DNA of 63,017 nt, the filler included, from Aduncisulcus paluster (lineage: Eukaryota), in the NCBI GenBank assembly GCA_024181965.1. It is 6 parts of 6 records of this genome, joined end to end, with 100 filler letters (N's around TTAATTAATTAA, not from the genome) between each part and the next. Parts side by side here need not be neighbours in the genome. Positions count along the whole stretch, not along the records: positions 57,770 to 63,017 come from BQXS01012433.1; 5 more parts are not named here. One strand, written 5' to 3'. The notes beneath the pieces are model-generated. The model was not told the DNA's origin, ran no database searches, and worked only from the letters and a program-made list of their open reading frames with translations. Made by a program: the position numbers and the translations under genes. Positions within the stretch are counted from its first letter, which is position 1; each line of letters starts with the position of its first letter. Below are positions 57,770 to 63,017 of the stretch, one piece after another.

Positions 57770-60700
57770 CTTTAACTTTGAAAGTATAACTCACACAAAT
57801 CATACAATACTCTTCATCAACATCTCCTTCCAACACTTCCTCACATCTTGATAGATGACCAATGAAAGTGTCAATGAGATCATTCAGATCAGGAATAGGG
57901 AGATAGATATCATTTCCAGAAATAACATGTCTAACAAACCATCTTAAACACTGAGCGCAAAGAACAATCTCCCTCTTGTGCTCTTCAATCTCACTCTTTG
58001 ATTGGAATGCAAGGAAGACAGAAAGAATCTCATCTCGATGTTCATGGTACAACCTGTATTTTGATGCTGAGTCAGGGCACTTGTTGATAGTTACAACTAA
58101 TTCTGACCATTTCAGATAAGGATAACGATTACTAAGATATCTTGTATAATCATCATCCCAACCTCCATTATTGTTGCACCATTTCATGTTGGTATCATAT
58201 TTGGGAGATATGAAAGGAACAAGAGATGGAACAGTGGAGAACATGGAAATGAGTTTGGACCAGTATTTGATTCCCCGTTTATGTCCTTCCTTCTTCATAA
58301 CTGTAAACCACATATCAAGAAGATCCTTAACATTATCATAGACTTCAACAGCATGTGATGGATCACAACATAAGTTGGAGAAGAATAATAAAACCCATTC
58401 ATGATCATCCTGAACAATCTTATCCCCGACAAACTCTCTCTTAACAACATCAAGAACAGGGTGGAAGAGAGGCCAAGCTTCAGAACAGATGGGGGTTGAA
58501 TCATCACTTGAGAGGGTGATAGAATAACCATCCAATGTCCATAACACTTACTATCATCTTTGTATATCCTCAACCAATCTCTGATATATGGTTTGATGAG
58601 GGTGAGAATAGAGGATCGAGTGGAAGAAGAGGGAGAATTAGAAATGTTACTGAGAGTTATTAATAAACATTGAGCAACATCACCTCCCAACTTCTCCTTG
58701 CTTCCTCTCTCAAGAATACGTTGGAAAGTGGGGGAGATATTTGGAAGGAAGGAATCCCATTTATCGTGAACTAAACCAGAATAATTGATACAAATACTAC
58801 AATACTCTTCATCAACATCTCCTTCCAACACTTTCTCACATCTTGATAGATGATCAATGAAAGTGTCAATGAGATCATTCAGATCAGGAATAGGGAGAAA
58901 GATATCATTTCCAGAAATATAATGCCTAACAAACCATCTTAAACACTGAACACAAAGAACTATCTCTCTCTTGTGCTCTTCAATCTCACTCTTTGATTGG
59001 AATGCAAGGAAGACAGAGAGAATCTCATCTCGATGTTCATGGTAGAGTTTGGAAGTAGATTCTGAGTCAGGGGATTTCTTAATTTTATCGACTAGATCAA
59101 ATATAACTCGATGATCAACTTTTCTCATCAGTCTCGCTGTTTTGAGTTCTTCTCTCTTCCTCTTCTCTTCTTCAAGCTTCAATTTCTGTTTCAAGGCTTC
59201 AACTTCTTTCCTCAAATCTTCTTCCTCTTTTCTCTTTTCTTCTTCTTCTTCTTCTTCTTTTGAAGCACTTGAACTTGTACTTGAACTTGTACTTGGTGTC
59301 TTGGATTCTGATGGACGACTCAAACTCAAACCATCATCCCATTTTGGTTTTAACACAACACTTTGAATTGAAGAGTCTTTCTCAACAATGCATCCAGAAT
59401 CACCTTTATGCTNNNNNNNNNNNNNNNNNNNNCTCATCAGTCTCGCTGTTTTGAGTTCTTCTCTCTTCCTCTTCTCTTCTTCAAGCTTCAATTTCTGTTT
59501 CAAGGCTTCAACTTCTTTCCTCAAATCTTCTTCCTCTTTTCTCTTTTCTTCTTCTTCTTCTTCTTCTTTTGAAGCACTTGAACTTGTACTTGAACTTGTA
59601 CTTGGTGTCTTGGATTCTGATGGACGACTCAAACTCAAACCATCATCCCATTTTGGTTTTAACACAACACTTTGAATTGAAGAGTCTTTCTCAACAATGC
59701 ATCCAGAATCACCTTTATGCTTGGCAAGATGAGCCTTCACAATATCGTCAATGGATGGACATTCCCACCCTTCTCCAATCTTTGGAAGAAGAGGTTTGAT
59801 GGATTGAACTTTCTCACAGGCTTCATGAACACTCATACGTTCATCAATGTCAACCTTTGTCAATCCTTCGAATATTTCATTCAAACAGGAATAAACAGGC
59901 TTGAACTTACCACCTTCAATGGTTTTTAGAGTTTTGAAAAGACGGGATTCACAGAGTTTTGGACCCATATCACTTTCAATCACCTCTTTGAGTTTCTTGG
60001 CAAATAGAATCTCCGACTCAATTCCTTGTAACACTTTCATTTGAAGGAAAGGATCCTGACCCTCGAAGACTGCGAACAGGGTCAGCCCGAGTGAGTAAGC
60101 ATCGCTCTCTTGGCTTTGAATTCCTTTGAGAGCTTCACAAGAGTTGTACACAAGCGTGCCACAGATGGAGCGTTTGGGTTTGGGTTTGGATTTGGATTTG
60201 GATTTGTGTTTAGCTTCAGTATCTTCAGACTCGGATATATCAACAAAGCTCTTGGAAGTCGTGGAAGAGGAGATGGAGTCTTGGATCTGAGCAAGACCGA
60301 GATCAGAGAGAACAATGGTGCAATCAATTGTCTTGGGTTCAACACGAACGAGGAAGTTGTCAGGCTTAATGTCTCGGTGAATAAGGTCGGGCTTGGCTTT
60401 GAACACTTCGGAAAGACACTCGATCATTCCAACACACAATGCACTCTCAGAGGATCAAGAGTCATGGGGTCAATGCGAGTGGAGCTTGAGTCAGAGTCAG
60501 AGTCAGAGCTTGAGTCAGAGCTTGAATCGGAGTCAGAGTCAGAGTCAGAGCTTGAGTCTTCAGATTCAACAGAGGAGCTTGAACAGCCACGTCCATACTT
60601 GCCTCCAACACACCAACTCCTGGAAAAGTCTTTCACACTGCCTCCAATACAAAACTCCATGCAAAACCCATACACGCCTTTGTAGTCCTCGTCAAGAAGG

Positions 60701-61011
60701 TCAAGAATGTAGATGGGGCGAGGGATACGGTTGAAACATTTGGGGTTCATGAACAGCTTCACTTGGACCTTGAACTCCTTGCGACACGCTTTGAGCACGT
60801 TCTTATCACCAACTCGCACCAGTTTCTTCAGAACACATGGTTGAGAAACACCGTCAATACTCACAATGTAAACGGCACCGAACCCACCTTTGCCACACGG
60901 ACACAAGCACCTTAGAGCTGACGCAGAGATGAGAGTCTTGTCGTCTTGTTTACGTTTGTGCCCAGGTTTCGAGGTTTTTGATACTTTTGATGTAGATTTG
61001 TCTTTGCCCAT
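57770..61011 (-). pseudogene. Family kinase fused to a coiled coil and tandem 'domain B' repeats; two frameshifts; 3'-truncated
   Basis: GKGGFG, CVLKK, HRDIKPDNFL, DLG and GTLVYNSCE motifs. Short deletions near 60440 and 58520 relative to paralogs shift the frame. Gap duplication around 59413. Confidence 0.85.
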
Positions 61012-61527
61012 TGTAGAAAACGGAAGAAACAACCAACCAACCAATGGAAGATAGAAATAGTCTTAGAGTGTACAAATTACGAACGAATGAATGATGAAGA
61101 TGCGATTGACCAGCAGACTAGGAATGCAAATAGAAGGATGGTGAGGAATAACAAGGAGAATAATAATAAATGAAAAAGAACGAAAGGAAAAGCAACAGAA
61201 ATATTTTTCATGAATCGGGGAAACATACTGAAATAGCGGCCGAACACAAAAGATTCTCTCGTAGTTGTAACGAAAAAGGGCTGGGCTTTCAGCTTCAGTG
61301 TGAGGTGTGGACAGAAGTAAGGATATTTCATGCTTAAATTATTTTTGCACAGCATTTTATTCATTTTATTTATTTTTGATATTTTTATTATATTATATAT
61401 TGGATACTTCCAGTTTCTAGTTTGTTGTTCCTTACCAATAATTTTCAGCCCCGCTCGAAAAATACTGGTGAACGCTATATATACATAAGGAAATTATTAG
61501 GAAGTTTTTATTAAATTCTTTCTAAAA

Positions 61528-63017
61528 ATGGCGCAAGAGACCGTTGATGTTTCTTCCCCTCCTGGTACAGCTACTCTGGAATCCCTACACATTAAAATTT
61601 GTGTTGCAGGATACAGCGGATCATTAGAAAATTTAGTTGCAATTCTGGATCTTCCGGTTGAAACTGATTTTCCAATTAATGGCCCATATACCAAACTCTC
61701 TCTGATGGTTCAACCTTAAAGCACCCTATTCCCAAGAAAATTGAAATGTTGAATGCTATAGCTTCTTTTCATGACGAAGGGATTGCCAATGACATCATTG
61801 ACGTGGATGCAAAAGCCATATAAAGAAGACCGTTGACAAAGAGCTTGAGGTTAACCTTACAGACCTCGCTCTCGATCACATGACCTTTTACGCTCAAAAA
61901 CCATACAGCAAGAGCTCTATCACACTCACTGAGCTTGCTGGCCTCGCTACCAATGGTGAATCTCTCTCTGAGAGAAACCAGGCCGCCAAGGACCTACAAA
62001 CGAGGATGTCCCATAAGAAACATAATGCTGATAGTCTTGTACGCGATGGTAAGAGTGGTAAGGCTTATTCGAGATGCAACGATACAAGTCCGGTGTCTGC
62101 CACCCTGGCTAAACGCTGTATCCCCGAGCTCTTCCCCCCTGTCGAGGGATCTTCCATTTCATGGCAAACTATTGACAAAGTTCCCGCCTGGGAATCATCC
62201 TCCATCCTCTCCGTGAGTACTGAACTTATAAAAAAGACTCTTGATAGAATCCACAACACTGCAATCAGCGGTGTTACCGGTATTACAGGCCAAGCTTTCA
62301 AGCTAGCCTGCAACAATGACCACGGACGGGCATTCTCAAACAATCTGTTAACAATTTCCTCAACACAGGTAACATCGACAGGGTGGTGTGTCTCAAGAGA
62401 CTCATTGCCCTTCCTAAGGGTGAAGACAAGATACGTCCCGTAACACCGGTGAAGTGGTTGGTAAGGTGTTCGGTGAGGTTCTTCGCTCCTATCTGGAAGG
62501 TCCTGTGAAGAAGTTATTGGGCGACCTTTTGCTGTTGACTCCATTGGTACCGTCGGATCCGAGGCTCTCTCTTTCTTGAAAAAGATTGTTGCTTGGTATG
62601 GAAATCCGAAACAACGCATCTCCTCCAAAGAAGGTGACAAAGCTGTCTATATGACGAGGCTGAGGCTACTTCGGAGACGCATCGGACAAGCTGTGCTCAT
62701 GAGAGCATTTGGATCGGCTGACAAGGCCATATCCAAACTTCTCGACAGAGCTGGCTTTACCAAGAGAGCCAGAGCTTCGATGGCGTTTCTCTAGTATGCT
62801 TATCCCTAGAATAGTTTCCTAAGATAACTCCTAAGGCTTCCCACACAGTTTTCTATCCCTCCAATGATATTCTTTCTATCTCAATAACATTTCCTCCACT
62901 AAGACTTTCTTTACCTATCATTAAACAATCTATATCAGCTATTGATTGGTACTTTAAGCTTGCCAACTCCTATATATTGATAATCCCTATTAGAATGTTT
63001 TTAATCTCTACTCTATA
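61528..63017 (+). mobile_element. Internally deleted, degenerate CRE/SLACS-clade non-LTR retrotransposon
   Basis: RT N-terminal motifs (GKSGKA..ELFP; SGVTGITGQAFK; RLIALPKGEDKIRPV..GEVVGKVFGEVL..VKKLLG) are joined near 62524 directly to the C-terminal REL-endonuclease motif PFAVDSIGTVGSEALSFLKKI..LRRRIGQAV. Stop at 62794, then an AT-rich putative 3'UTR. Several frameshifts. Confidence 0.78.

Noticed and set aside
673..62640. Many short antisense or nested ORFs in the track (e.g. 14157-14864, 21620-22288, 30783-31385, 60110-60685)
   Set aside because: They are shadows of real genes or of low-complexity GAA/TCT codon runs, with no independent motifs.

Overview
Eukaryotic (protist) draft-genome sequence, not prokaryotic. 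It has AT-rich intergenic DNA, standard genetic code, short GT..AG spliceosomal introns, a Pol III tRNA gene and flagellar genes. The lineage-specific kinase and repeat families resemble those I recall from the fornicate Aduncisulcus paluster; this identification is inference and unverified. The window is six unrelated pieces joined by 100-nt N..TTAATTAATTAA..N linkers (31430-31529, 41631-41730, 48459-48558, 53266-53365, 57670-57769). It also has eight 20-N gaps with duplicated flanks, so several split ORFs are single genes. Pieces 1-2 (1-41630) are mostly housekeeping: tRNA-Gln(UUG), CDP-DAG synthase, importin beta (2 introns), a lineage-specific kinase, MUS81, a SHIPPO/ODF3-like protein, a pseudokinase-B-box-coiled-coil-glycine-rich protein, a hugely expanded DNAH2-like dynein heavy-chain tail, a RING-H2 protein, a WD40 protein, BDP1 and a UBL (BAG6-like) protein. 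Pieces 3-6 are accessory DNA: intact and decayed members of a modular kinase family, frameshifted TYW1 and VOC-fold genes, orphan ORFs, hairpin and palindrome clusters, and an internally deleted CRE-clade non-LTR retrotransposon. I cannot demonstrate a complete new system from sequence alone. The best candidates are the TRIM-like pseudokinase, the modular kinase family, the CRE derivative and a dispersed hairpin-bearing non-coding repeat.
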